This document shows, piece by piece, positions 49,916-61,663 of a DNA stretch of 64,000 nucleotides. Source of the DNA: Lama guanicoe (Eukaryota); the NCBI GenBank assembly GCA_013239625.1, contig MU053379.1, forward strand, positions 256,490 through 320,489, read 5' to 3'. Position 1 is the stretch's first letter. Each line of letters opens with the position of its first letter. The notes beneath the pieces are model-generated. The model was not told the DNA's origin and searched no databases. It saw nothing but the letters and a program-made list of their open reading frames with translations. Position numbers and translations under genes: made by a program.

Positions 49916-52146
49916 TTTCATAACTAAGAATTGTTTTCATCTTATTTCATTCCTACTCATTTCATTGCAGAAGCTCCATCTTCCCATGAGTGGTAATCAC
50001 CTATATAGCAGGAATCGTATTATATACATTTGCTTCTCCCAAAGCAAAAGGAAACCTCTTAGAAATTGTTAGTTGCTTTCACACTGTAATCCTAGCATGG
50101 CTTTGCATGAGGCCTCTCAAAGTTCCTTCTCATTGACAAGACTAATACAAAACAAATAATTATCAACCTTAACGGTGCTGCCTAGAATGCGATAACTTCA
50201 TCAAATGACCTCATGGATGTTGGGAAACTTTGCGGTTGGTGCTAAACATGTAGACGTGATCTCCCTGACAAAGTGGTCAGCTTTGGATTAATCCACTTTT
50301 TAAGAAATCCTGAACATTTTTCCCTTTCTAGTTCTCTCCTCGGTGGTTTAAGAATTAATGACAAAGCTTTCACCAGTCTTCATAGTAGAAAAATAACAAT
50401 AATTCTTCTGTGCCAATAAGTCTGCTGGAAACACAGTTGGTTCTGAATGTGGTGCCCATGGGGGTTTGCCTACTAAACGTTTGTGCTGATCACATGGTCT
50501 CACACCACCAAAGAACAACTGGCCATTTGTCACACCATGTCCTCAAGTCAGTGCTTGAAGGAAACAAATCATCAATGACAGGAATTCAAGAATCAGGCAT
50601 ATTTCACTTAGTGTGGGGGGTGTATTGCAAATAATCAAGGCTGGCCAAGCAGGTGGGCAGGGGCACCAGGAATCCAGACATAGTCCCTGGCCAGTTGTAG
50701 GTATGGAGGCTGAGGGTGCTATTTTAAGAAAAATGCCAAATGCCTAGTTACTGGCTCTATGAGGCATAGCAAGATAAAAAAGTTGACTTTAGAAGAATGA
50801 AGGGCAGAGACCAATAGTTTATCTACCACATTGGGCCAAAGTTACCCTATCATCAATGCACACACATGCGCACGTGCGTTCTAGTATCTGACATTTTAAC
50901 AACACATAGTAACTTCTTCAGACTAAGACATTATTTCTTATAAAACTCTTGTTAAAAAGCAAGTCTCTTGCCTGAAAGTTAACAACTAAAGGCTTTAACA
51001 TTTATAAGTAAAAGGAAAGTAATATTTTATTGATTCAAGTGTACACTACATAAAACTTGACGAGGGAGCTCTTGTTATCCTCAGGTTTTATAAGAGGAAA
51101 TGGTAGTTCAGCAAAAAGGTAATTAAATATCACTAAAGGTCTTATGCTTGTCAGCTGGATTTAAATCCAGGTCCCTGTGATGGCAAATTCCCTGCACTTT
51201 CCACCACAGCATGCTGCCTCCCTTATCAGAGCAACTAAGAACAGGGCAGTCCCTGAAATTAGCACCAAGGAGAGCAATTTTGATAAGGAGTGAGGAATGG
51301 CCGGCCCCTCATGAGGTCTTGGGAGGAATCTGCAGCCTGATGTGGACACCAAGGGCAAAACAAGCCTGCCCTACAATTTGATCTATGACTGCTCCTGTCA
51401 AGCTTGTTAACCACACAGATTTGCCAGGCATGGTTCTTCTAAGACATTGCCTGTTCTCTTGCTGTTCTCATGATCTGTACTTTCTCCAACACTTCAAAAT
51501 GCAGGGTCCCCCCCTTTCCCACCCTTGTTATATGGAAGCAGTGTCCTCTCATCCAGCTTTGTGTACACCATGGGCAGCTTCCTGAGCCTCATGGTCTGAA
51601 CTTACAGAAGCAGCGGACGGCATCTGAGAGTAGAAATTTGAGGAATTATTGCTTGGTTCTGGTTCTAAGATTAGCATCAAAGGCTAAATAAATAATGGAA
51701 TGTTCCTAATCACAGAGTCACGCAGACAGCAATTAGGACCACATTACAGGGATTACTCACGCCGATCCCTGTACCTGAGATCAAATTCGGCTAATTTGTC
51801 ACTCTTGTTTTAATTCCATCAATTAGAGAAATAAATTGCCAATAAAAACCCATCTTTTAAAAAGGTTTGCTTTAACCTTTTATAAAATACTTAGGCAAAA
51901 GCATAGTGAAGAGCTTCTTAAGTGATGACTAATTTGTCAAGGTTGGGAGACAGATGCAGTGAAAAATACTGTTCCAAACAGCAGCTGAACGCTGTCAGCC
52001 AAATGGAAAATAAAGGAGGAATAGGTTTTCTGGAGTTTTCAGAAACAAAGTACATCAGCTTAGAATGGAAATATGTGGGAAACCTGAATGTTAAGCTTGG
52101 AACGTAGTATAGAAATGAACTAGCATGAACGGATTGGTCCTTTAAA

Positions 52147-52540
52147 TTCATTCATCCAGTCTGTTGCCAAGCATGTATTGAGTGCTGGAGTGCTGGCTAC
52201 GTACTAGGTTCTAGACAGACAGTGATGAGCTCCACGGTCATGGTCCTTGCATTCATGGAGCCTGCAGCCCTGTTGATAAGAGAGTCAGTAGACAAATATA
52301 CATACAGAGAAGTACAAAATTATTGTGTTAAGAGAAGGCAGTGGGTGTGAGGGCAGCCATGGTGGTGTGGATTAGGGTGACATTAATTAGAGTGAAGAGA
52401 TCATGGAAGAGTGACACTTAAGGGGAAACTTGGATAACGGGTTAAGGTTACCCAGGTAGAGGAGATCATTCCAGGCAGAAGGAACGGTCTGTGAAAAGGT
52501 CCGGAGGCGAGAAAGACATGGAAGGATTGGAAAGAAGCTC
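52147..52540 (-). mobile_element. L2 LINE fragment
   Basis: attcattcatcc...catgtattgagtgc...ggtccttgcattcatggagcctgcag...cattccaggcagaaggaac. Confidence 0.75.
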
Positions 52541-52554
52541 AGACCACCAAATAG

Positions 52555-52700
52555 AGGAGCTAATGTTTGCTGAGCACTGACTTCAGATCAGGTTCCATGT
52601 AATGCTCTTCTCAGCATTATCTCATTTAATTGAATTATCCCCACTTCACTGGTTTGACTTCATGAGGGTGAGCCACTTGTCTAAGGCCGCAGAATCAGTA
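52555..52700 (-). mobile_element. MIR fragment
   Basis: gctaatgtttgctgagcactgac...cattatctcatttaat. Confidence 0.6.
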
Positions 52701-55700
52701 AGCCTTCTCCTCTAATCCCCAGGGACGCTGTAAGGCTCGGGGGAGAAATCACCCACGTTTGCTTTTGAGGATGGGGGTGTGTGGCTGAAGACTGTTGGTG
52801 GGACAGGTGAGCTCAGTGAAGCCTCTTCCAGATCCTTCATGGATACTCAGCGGCACAAAGTTTTGTGCTCAGCACTGTGGGAGAGACAAAAATGCTCCCC
52901 AGAGATCCCTTTAGTAATGCACTAGGGCAAGTACACAGTTACCACAACCCAAGAAGAATGCTACGTGCAATAGTGGACTGAAAAGGGAGAAAGCTGGTAG
53001 TCGCAGAGAGTATGCTGCTGTAAGGATGCCGGGCTGGGAGAAGTGGGAATGCTAAGAAAAATTATGAAAAGAGAAATAGTGAAGAAAGCATGGCTGGAAC
53101 TTGGCAACTGACTGAATGAGGGCAAGAGAAGGAGAGACAAAGAAGAGTGATACGTCTGGGTATCTCCAAGGAGCCGTCTGAGTGACTGACTAGGAGGGAT
53201 GAAGTAGTGGGGGATAAAGAAGTCAAAGGGAGAACACAGTGCACCTGCATGATGGGGTCATGGACATGGGTGGGAGGTTAACCGACATAAGCCCAGGAGT
53301 CTCCACCCTTGGTATTAACGGTACTGCCCTGGCAGCAGGCCAGATGTCCAGTCCTGGCCACCATGTTCCCATCTTGTGGTGTGGTCTGGCCATTGTGTGA
53401 CTCTTTTGATGTCAGAATAACGCTGACGCCCCAGGTCCAGGTGGTCCCCTAGTTGAGGTGTGGGGACCCAGTGAGATAGTCCCATGAGCAGCAGGGCTGT
53501 GGGCCTGGAGCCTTGCTCCATTTTGACACTTTGTGCCACTTTGTACTGAATCTCCTCTCTCCGTGTCTCAGTCTTCCCAGCAAGGGTAAAGCCTGTTAAA
53601 GGGCAAGGACTATGTCTCACATCTTAGACATGGTTTGCTTCCGCAGCATTTGGCACATCTCCGGGCACTTGTCATTGGAGTGCACAATAATGCCTGAAAA
53701 AGACCTGCTTGTTCAAAGTCTGTCACCATTACGTTGCTTGGAGTGTGGGTGCAGGGAGAAAACACGAAATATAAAGACTGTGTTCTGAGACAGAGACACT
53801 TGAGGCTCTACAAGGAATCCACTAACCACCCATCCTGACGTCCTGATTATACAGAAGACAAAACTCAAGTTCCCAAGGCAGGGACTGAATTACCCAAGAG
53901 GTCAGAGCTAGAGTGAAAACGAAGTCTAGTGTAGAGGACTCAGTTCTTCTCTAGCTCCATAGATGTTAAAACTAAAGTGTTCTTTCTAAGCTTATTCCTG
54001 CCTGGCTTCCGTTGTGATTTTCACTGTGATGCCCTAAAAGACCAAAGTGTCTAAGGTTTAAGCTGGAAGACCTAGAGAGAGGAGGCTGGGCCCAAAGCAC
54101 ACCCTCTTCCCCGGGTGCACTCGGCCTCCCCTGGTGCACTATGAGTACGTGCATGGGTGTAAGGTAATGACTGACAACGTGTTCCCAGTCATCAATCTGA
54201 ACTTCATAACCCAGAGAATTCCAAACTTCTTAACCTGTTTTGCACCCACTGATCTCGACAGCCCAAATTTCTACGTAAACAACAACAAGTTAAATCCAGT
54301 GCCAGGAAAACCGGTATGGATTGCATTATTTAGGGCTTATCAATTTTCCTATTTTGTCGAATGCAGTTAGAACGAAGCAGTTTCTTTTAATCCCAGGCTT
54401 TGTGTAGAAACAACATGCATTATTTAAATACCAAAAACAAAAATAAACCCTTGTAAAGATTGCACATCCATTTGCAAGATTAATACAATAATAACATCTT
54501 GGGTATGAAGAACAGTCGGTGAAATGCAAACCTTGCTGAGAGAAATTGCCTTCCTTCTTGGAGAAGAGTCACAGGAGACTGGAGAGAAAATTATTTCTCT
54601 CAGTTCTGGTCCTTTAGGGCATCAAAGCTTCCTGAAAAGGATTATGCATTGTGGAAAGTGTTAATGTACCTTATTATTCCATTTCTCTCTGATGAACTCT
54701 TTGGAATCAATAAAGGTACTTAACAGTTAAGAATTACATTAGGCCACATTGCAACACCAGAAATCTCTTAGATGAATATAACACCTTTCATCTGCAAGTT
54801 CTTTTGAAGCAACCATAGAGCTTGGATAGGTTTTCCTGCTGTGTGAACCCAGTGAATCACATCGATTTAGAGTGTTTTTCTCCTCGTGGACTCGCTGAGC
54901 TATGGGTAGGATGGAGCTTATGCAAGTATCGCAAGTTTCTTCTATGTTTATCTTTCTGTTAATATGTTTTTAAAATATGTAAGTTCATTAAGCATGTGTC
55001 CAGAAAGTGGCTGAAAGATGAGGGGAAATAACCACTACTCTTGGACAGAGAATTCAATTTAGTATGTAGCTGGGAAGATGAGAAGGGGAGACAGGGAAGG
55101 CTGAAGAGCTCTGCAAGACAAAAATGCAAAAACTGTCACCAGGCAGCCCTTTGAACAGCCAGCTGATGGAGGATAAAGCTGGAGGTGTTGAGAGCTCAGA
55201 GAAGGGCATTACCCACGGGGATTGGCGTGTTCTTGAGAAGGAAGGAGTTGACTCTCAAAGGGGAGAAATCTGATTGGCAAAAATGAGCGCTGAGATTAGT
55301 CCAAGAGGCAGCCAAGGATGACACAGTATTTGTGTTGATGATGCATTTCTTGCAAAACTTATCCATTTCATTCGTGAGGGCAACTCACAATCAGTTATGA
55401 AACATGGGTATCATTAGGTAAAGGAAAGGAAGTGGAGATTCAGCATTTTACCAATGCTGGGGTACCAGTTTGCGTTTCAGTGGCATCTGCTATGCGATGC
55501 TTTTTAGCTTAACTATTCTGTTAATCTTACAACCATGGAGGATCTGGCAACTAGAATATTTCCTTGCTTTGTGATTTAACCATACTTTGATCTCTCACTT
55601 ATACTAGGGTCTTTTGATAAAACAACCTGCTCCAACATGAAGCAGCATTAAAAATGTCTTCCTTGATCCCTACTATTAATACACAGCTATCAAGAGGCAC

Positions 55701-57107
55701 AGAAGTCCCTCTTTATAAAACTGAGTCACCTATAACAACTTGAACCCATTCATGGATTTGCATTCGTTTGGCAGAATATGAAATAAAAACGCACTTCTCT
55801 GAGACTCTGTGTGGTGCTGAGTGTTGTGTGAGACATGACAGCCCTGGGTCCAGCTGGTTCCTTGGAAACATAAATATCTTCTACCAAGGCACATGCAGGG
55901 GAAAAGAGAGGTAGTTATCTGTATAGTACCATCCAAGAGCTGCCAAGGGATGAGGGGTGGGGGAGAAACAGAATCTTTTGGTTAAATCCACTGCATATTT
56001 ATTCAACATTTTTGCATCCTCTTTGCTCGTACACATAGGGCTTCCTTAGAATGTACACACTTAGAGAGGCATCACCTGTGATTCCTTGTAGAAGGATTTT
56101 TTTTCCCTAAAATGTAATGAAAACACAGGGACTATTTGGATGATGTTTTTGGTTTCTGTGCTACATGCCTGGGGCAGGCTTTGAATCAGTCTTATTCCAG
56201 TGCATTCCAACTTTGATCTTCTTGTCTTTCACCTGTCCTGCCAGCCTATCCATCACTTTCCTAAAGCTAATAGACAGATTATGGTCAAATCTACCAGGAA
56301 ACTTCTATGGCTTGATAAACACCTCCTCCTCCACCTCCATACTAATTAATTTCAGTTCTAATCACTTTATTCTTTGTGTGAAACAAAACATCTAAATTTG
56401 TTCCTTCCAATCTTTGTCTACCTTCAGATTCCTAAAAATACCTCAAAACATGCACAAACATAAGGTTCTGAGAAGCGAGCTTTCTCTCTTAACCCTTAGC
56501 AGTGAAAACTTCATTGTCAGAGAAATCAGATGCAAAACTTCCTCCCTTTAGCCAAAGAAATATTTCCTCTATCTTGTGACGTTGCTTCCTCAAAGTAGAT
56601 TTTCTTATTTTGGTTTCAGATCACATTAATTGCACTATTTATTTCTTTTCCCTCTGAGATTCTTTTTTGTATGTCCTTGCTGACTCCTGAATACATTCCC
56701 GACTAGCAAGAAGCTCTAAAAGGTGAACAGAATCTTAACCTTACCAGGCTTTAAGGCGGTGATGTCTAAATTTTGTGTTTGCTGACAGCAGGAGACTTTT
56801 TAGTAGGGAAAGATGCTGTAAGCATCAAATTAGGAAAAAAAAAAAGGTGATTGTCTCCTGATCAAGGGCTTACACAATAATCTGTGGATTTTAGAGAAGC
56901 TGATCAGTGGCCACCTGAAGGCTTGGACTGTGCATTGTCAAAAGTAGCAAAAAGCAACATGGACCTGCTTAGAAACACTAAACAAGCTTTTGGTCAGTCT
57001 TCCTACTTGTTAAATAAAACTCTTGGAAAGCATATAAACAATGCTCCAGAGAACAGTGTGCTGTAGTGGAAAGGACTCTGGATGAGCAGTCAGGAAGCAT
57101 GGGTTCT

Positions 57108-58225
57108 TTTTTTTATTATTGAAGCATAGGTAATTTACAATGTTGCATTAGCTTCAGGTGTATAGCAAAGTGATTCAGTTACACATATACATAAATGTAT
57201 ATATTCTTTTTCATTATAGGTTATTACAAGGTATTGAATACAGTTCCCTGTGCTGTACAGTAGGACCTTGTAGTTTGTCTATTTTATATGTAGTAGTTTA
57301 CATCTGCTAATCCCAAATTTCTAATTTATTTATCTCCCCTACTTCTTTCCCCTTTGGAAATGTAAATTTGTTTTCTATGTCTGTGAGTCTGTTTCTGTTT
57401 TGTAAACAAGTTCCTTTGTATTATTCTTTTTAGATTCCACATATAAGTGATATCATATGATATTTGTCTTTCTCTGTCTAGTTTACTTCACTTAATATGA
57501 TAATCTCTAGGAGCATCCATGTTGCTGCAAATGGCCTTATTTCATTCTTTTCTATGGCTGAGTAGTATTCCATTGTGTGTGTGTGTGTGTCTGTGTGTCT
57601 GTGTGTGTGTGTGTGTGTTCCATATCTTCTTTACAGATTTATCTGTCAGTGAACATTTAGGTTGTTTCCATGTCTTGGCTATTGTAAACGGTGCTGCTAT
57701 GAACATTGGGGTGCATGTATCTTTTCAAATTACAGTTTTCTCCAGATATATGCCCAGGAGTTGGATTGTTGGCTCATATAGTAACTCTACTTTAAGTTTT
57801 TTAAGGAACTTCCATACTGGAACTTCCATAGTGACTACACCAAATTATATTCCCACCAACAGTGTAGGAGGGTTCCCTTTCTCCACACCCTCTTCAGCAT
57901 TTATCGTTTGTGAACTTTTTAATGATGGCCATTCTGACCAGTGTGAGTTGATGCCTCATTGTGGCTTTGATTTGCATTTCTGTGATAATTAGTGATATTT
58001 AGCATCATTTCATGTGCCTGTTGGCCATCTGTATGTCTTCTTTGGAGAATGCCTTTTAGGTCTTCTGCACATTTTTTGATTGGGTTATTTGTTTTTTGTT
58101 ATTGAGTTGTATGAGCTGTTTGTCTATTTTGGAAACTAAGCCCTTGTCAGTCATATCATTTGCAGATATTTTCTCCCAGTTTATAGGCTGTCTTTTTGTT
58201 TATGGTTTCCTTTGCTGTGCAAAAG
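57108..58225 (-). mobile_element. 5'-truncated LINE-1 (about 1.1 kb) with TSD
   Basis: T-tract, L1 3'UTR and antisense ORF2 C-terminus; TSD aggaag(ca/tc)tgggttct at 57092-57107 and 58226-58241. Confidence 0.92.
57574..57618. repeat. (TG)n microsatellite within L1
   Basis: interrupted TG run. Confidence 0.9.
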
Positions 58226-58639
58226 AGGAAGTCTGGGTTCTAATTTCTGACTTACCACTAACCTAGACATTTGACTTCTGACTTGCCCCCTTTCTGTGGC
58301 TTGGCTTCTTCATTTGTGGAATGAGAGAGTGAATGAAGAATATGATCTCTAAGTCCCTTTCTAGTTTTAATAAACAGTGATGATATAATTCCAAGGTGCT
58401 CAACAATAAAATGGAAAATAAAATGAAATAAAATGGAATTCTGAGACTGAGTCTCTCTTCCTTTGCGTTATGCAAATCTGGAAACTTTTCACATATAGAA
58501 AGGGGAGGGTCAAATTCTGCAGTATTATTAGGTATCCTACTTTTGGAATGCAGGGAAAGTGCGGCAAGCTGGAGTACGTAAAGGTGTGCGACTGCTCCTG
58601 GGCAATCGAGGGTAGAGAGGGTTGGGCAAGCAATGCTTG

Positions 58640-59341
58640 GTGGCTCTTGGATGAAGACTAGTCACTAGAAAGATCAAACCATAATTAGAAGCTTGGAAAT
58701 TTTGGCCAAACTCCTAGCTTCTAGGAAGGGGAGAGCGGCTGGAAATTGAGTTAATGATGAATCATGCATATATGATGAAGCCTCCATAAAGTTCTCAAAA
58801 GTACAGGGTTTGGAGAGCTTCCAGGTTGGTGAACACATCCACGTACCTGGAGGGCGGCACACCCCAACTCCATGGAGACAGAAGCTCCTGCTCTTGAGAC
58901 CTTTCTAGACTTTGCCCTGAGTACCTCTTCATCTGGCTGTTAATCTCTATTTTTGTTGTATCCTTTATTATACAGTAAACTGGTAAATGTGTTTCCTTGA
59001 GCTGTGAGCTGTTATAACAAATGATTGAATCCAAGGAGGGAGACGTGAGAACCTACAGTTTGTAGCCAAGTAGGACAAAAGTTGTGGGTAGCCTGGGGAC
59101 CCACTGTTGTGATTAGCGTCTGAAATGGGGGAAGTCTTATGAGACTGAGCCCTTAACCTGTGGGGTTCGTAATAACTCTGGCTAGTGTCCGAGTAGAATT
59201 AAATTGCAGGGCACCCAGTTATCATCACAGAAAACTGCTTGGTGCAAGGAGACATTTGGTAACCAGAAGTGTCAGAAGTGAAGTGTTCTTTGTAGGCAGT
59301 AAAGGAGGTGCACACAGGAGTGTTTTTTTTTTTCCTTTACA
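58640..59341 (+). mobile_element. Solo LTR (MER21-like)
   Basis: gaagcctccataaa...gagagcttccaggttggtgaacacatccacgt...ccaactccatggagacagaagctcctg...gagactgagcccttaacctgtgggg. Confidence 0.85.
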
Positions 59342-60296
59342 GTAGCCTTCTGTGGAAATCTTCACTTTACCTCTTTACCATGTCTTGAAGGCACTAATAT
59401 TTGTAACCCAACATAAGTATATACTTCTGTTTTTCCCCAGAAAAATATATTGGATTATGTCAAATCCTACAACATGGGAAAGCCTTCCATTTTTAAGGTT
59501 CTCAGCCCCTCTCCCAACGTCTCTCTCAGTCCCTTCAGTGTCCTTTCTAACCGGCACACATCTCCTTCATCTTCCCTCAAAATGTTGTCTCTCTTAAAAA
59601 TGGAAGAATGTGGGACTGCTGACCACCGCAGGCAGTGTCTGACTTCAGCTTCTGTTATTTTAATTCCCCTGCTGTCAACCTCAGGCTGGGGAACATCTCC
59701 TCATTAGGTTCACATGAAGGAATGGGTTTCTTGTCCTGAATCCTTCTTGCTCCTGCCTGAGGTTGGATTTACTCAGAACGTGACACAGCCGAGCCACAGG
59801 TCTGTATACCTGTAGGTAACACCTTTGAGATACTTGCCTTATTGGTTAGATGAATGGAAATAATCCTGTAGTGGAATCACATGAGTACAGTTGAGGGCCA
59901 TTTGATCCACTTGCCCTGGGCCATCTACTCACTAATATCATTTATGATTAAGGCAAGAGCACATAATTTTTGCACTATAAATTCTTTCACTATGACTAAG
60001 GTTTGGGAAAAAATGGAGAGAGAGGGTTAGTAAAAAAGAGTGTCATACGGAATGAACTTGAGCTCTCCAGGAGATCATGTTCTTCATGTCAGGAAATGAA
60101 ATTATCTTCCATACGTGGTCATACACATAAGGAGCACAGTTTGCCCCTTTTGGACAGTATTTTTATTTTAATTAATCCTGCTACATGTCAATGCTCTGTA
60201 ACATCTAAATAATGGCATGTCAGTCTTAGGATGTTTGTTAGAAGAGTTAGTGTAGGAACTCTTTGCCTTCCCGTTATTTTCTGGGGAGGTCTTGCC

Positions 60297-60428
60297 TGGG
60301 GTTTTACCTCTATCTCATTGGCTCAAGACAGCCTTGGTTTATGCCTATTGCCCTGGAGTAAGTATTAATAGCACCCTTTTCCCTACCAAAGGGTCCTGGC
60401 TTGGCCCTTGAATGATACAGACACTCTA
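60297..60428 (-). mobile_element. MER94-like hAT-Blackjack MITE
   Basis: ggtttatgcctattgccctggagtaagtattaatagcaccctttt...aaagggtcctggcttgg. Confidence 0.7.
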
Positions 60429-61592
60429 GCTTTCCCTGATATACCAGGAGCCACACTGGTGCTAAGGAGTCCTGATTACCTGGACTCAGATGGTGACTTT
60501 AAAGTATTTTTCAGCCCATGTTTATAAAAAGCTCATGAGGTCACCAAATGGAACAATCTCACCAAGATTGATATCCACTGACTGGGTACAAAAGCAATAA
60601 ATAGGATTCATTTTCTCCATTTTTCATGGTTATTCTCTGCTTAGTATGGGATGTGGGGTTCTGTGGTGATGGAGTAAAGCTCATGCAGAGGATAATTGTA
60701 AAGGATGATGCACTATGGTGTTGAGATGTCACATCATTTATTCCCATGATGTCTGTGGACAGTGGCTGGTCAAGTACAGTGATGACTACTGTGGAAGCCT
60801 TGGTTCTGGCCACATCAATACCCTGAAATGTGGAGATGCTTTTTCCAGTTTCTCTCCTTAGTTCTCCTTTCTACTTCAGTCCTCTTTCTCTTCTTCTATT
60901 CCCTCATACCCAGAGGTTGCATGAAGGAGGCAGGAAGCCTAGCTCATTCCATTTTGATGGATGGTTAAGTTAAGCAAGTGCGGAGTTCAGTCAATTATAT
61001 GAGTGTTGAGTTGTGGGACTGCTTTATGGTTGTTGGAGTCTAGTCGGTTCTTTGCTTCCGTTATCAGATAATAAACATGAAATCATCAGATAATATGAAA
61101 AATTCATTTGATTGTCATAAGGTGGTTGAATCAATTGCTTTGCATTTTAATTTGCTTTGGTTTAATCAGTCATGCCCTTATACTCATCACTGACATTTTG
61201 GCAGTGTAGGAACTAAGGCACTACTTGCACTGTTCACAGGTAGTAAGTGTGTTGAGCTTTAGAGAAACAATCATCCACACAAATTCAGTTTATTTTTTAA
61301 AATGTTCCCAGACTGTATTTTTTTGGAGAAACATGAAGTACTTTCCCTTATATGCCCATGGCTTAAAAATGTACTTTTCAAAATGGACCAGTTCTTTGAA
61401 CAGTGATATATGAACTAGGATTCTTAGTGCTGAGTTTGTAGGGGTGCATCTGAAGATGACAGAGCTGACAGTACAGTAAACAAACGCCTATGGCTGTAAA
61501 ACACCCAGGCCACCTGGGCAGCACCTTTCAAACTAACAGTGTGTGAAATCATGCTGGAATATTTGTGAGCTTTGTCTTGACACATTTTGAAG

Positions 61593-61663
61593 CAAAAAGA
61601 AAAACAAAAAACAAAAAACAAAAAAAAAACAGAAAAGAAAAGAAAAGAAAGAAAGAAAAGAAA
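61593..61663. repeat. A-rich simple repeat (CAAAAAA/GAAAA/GAAA)
   Basis: directly visible. Confidence 0.9.

Larger units (their letters stand above)
57053..58372 (+). mobile_element. MIR3/MIRc split by the 57108-58225 L1
   Basis: tgtagtggaaaggactctggatgagcagtcaggaagc | ctgggttctaatttctgacttaccactaac...gatctctaagtccctttctag. Confidence 0.75.

Noticed and set aside
58461..58477. Sox-Oct-like motif ctttgcgttatgcaaat
   Set aside because: The octamer is perfect but the Sox half-site is disrupted; a single 8-mer is expected by chance in 64 kb.
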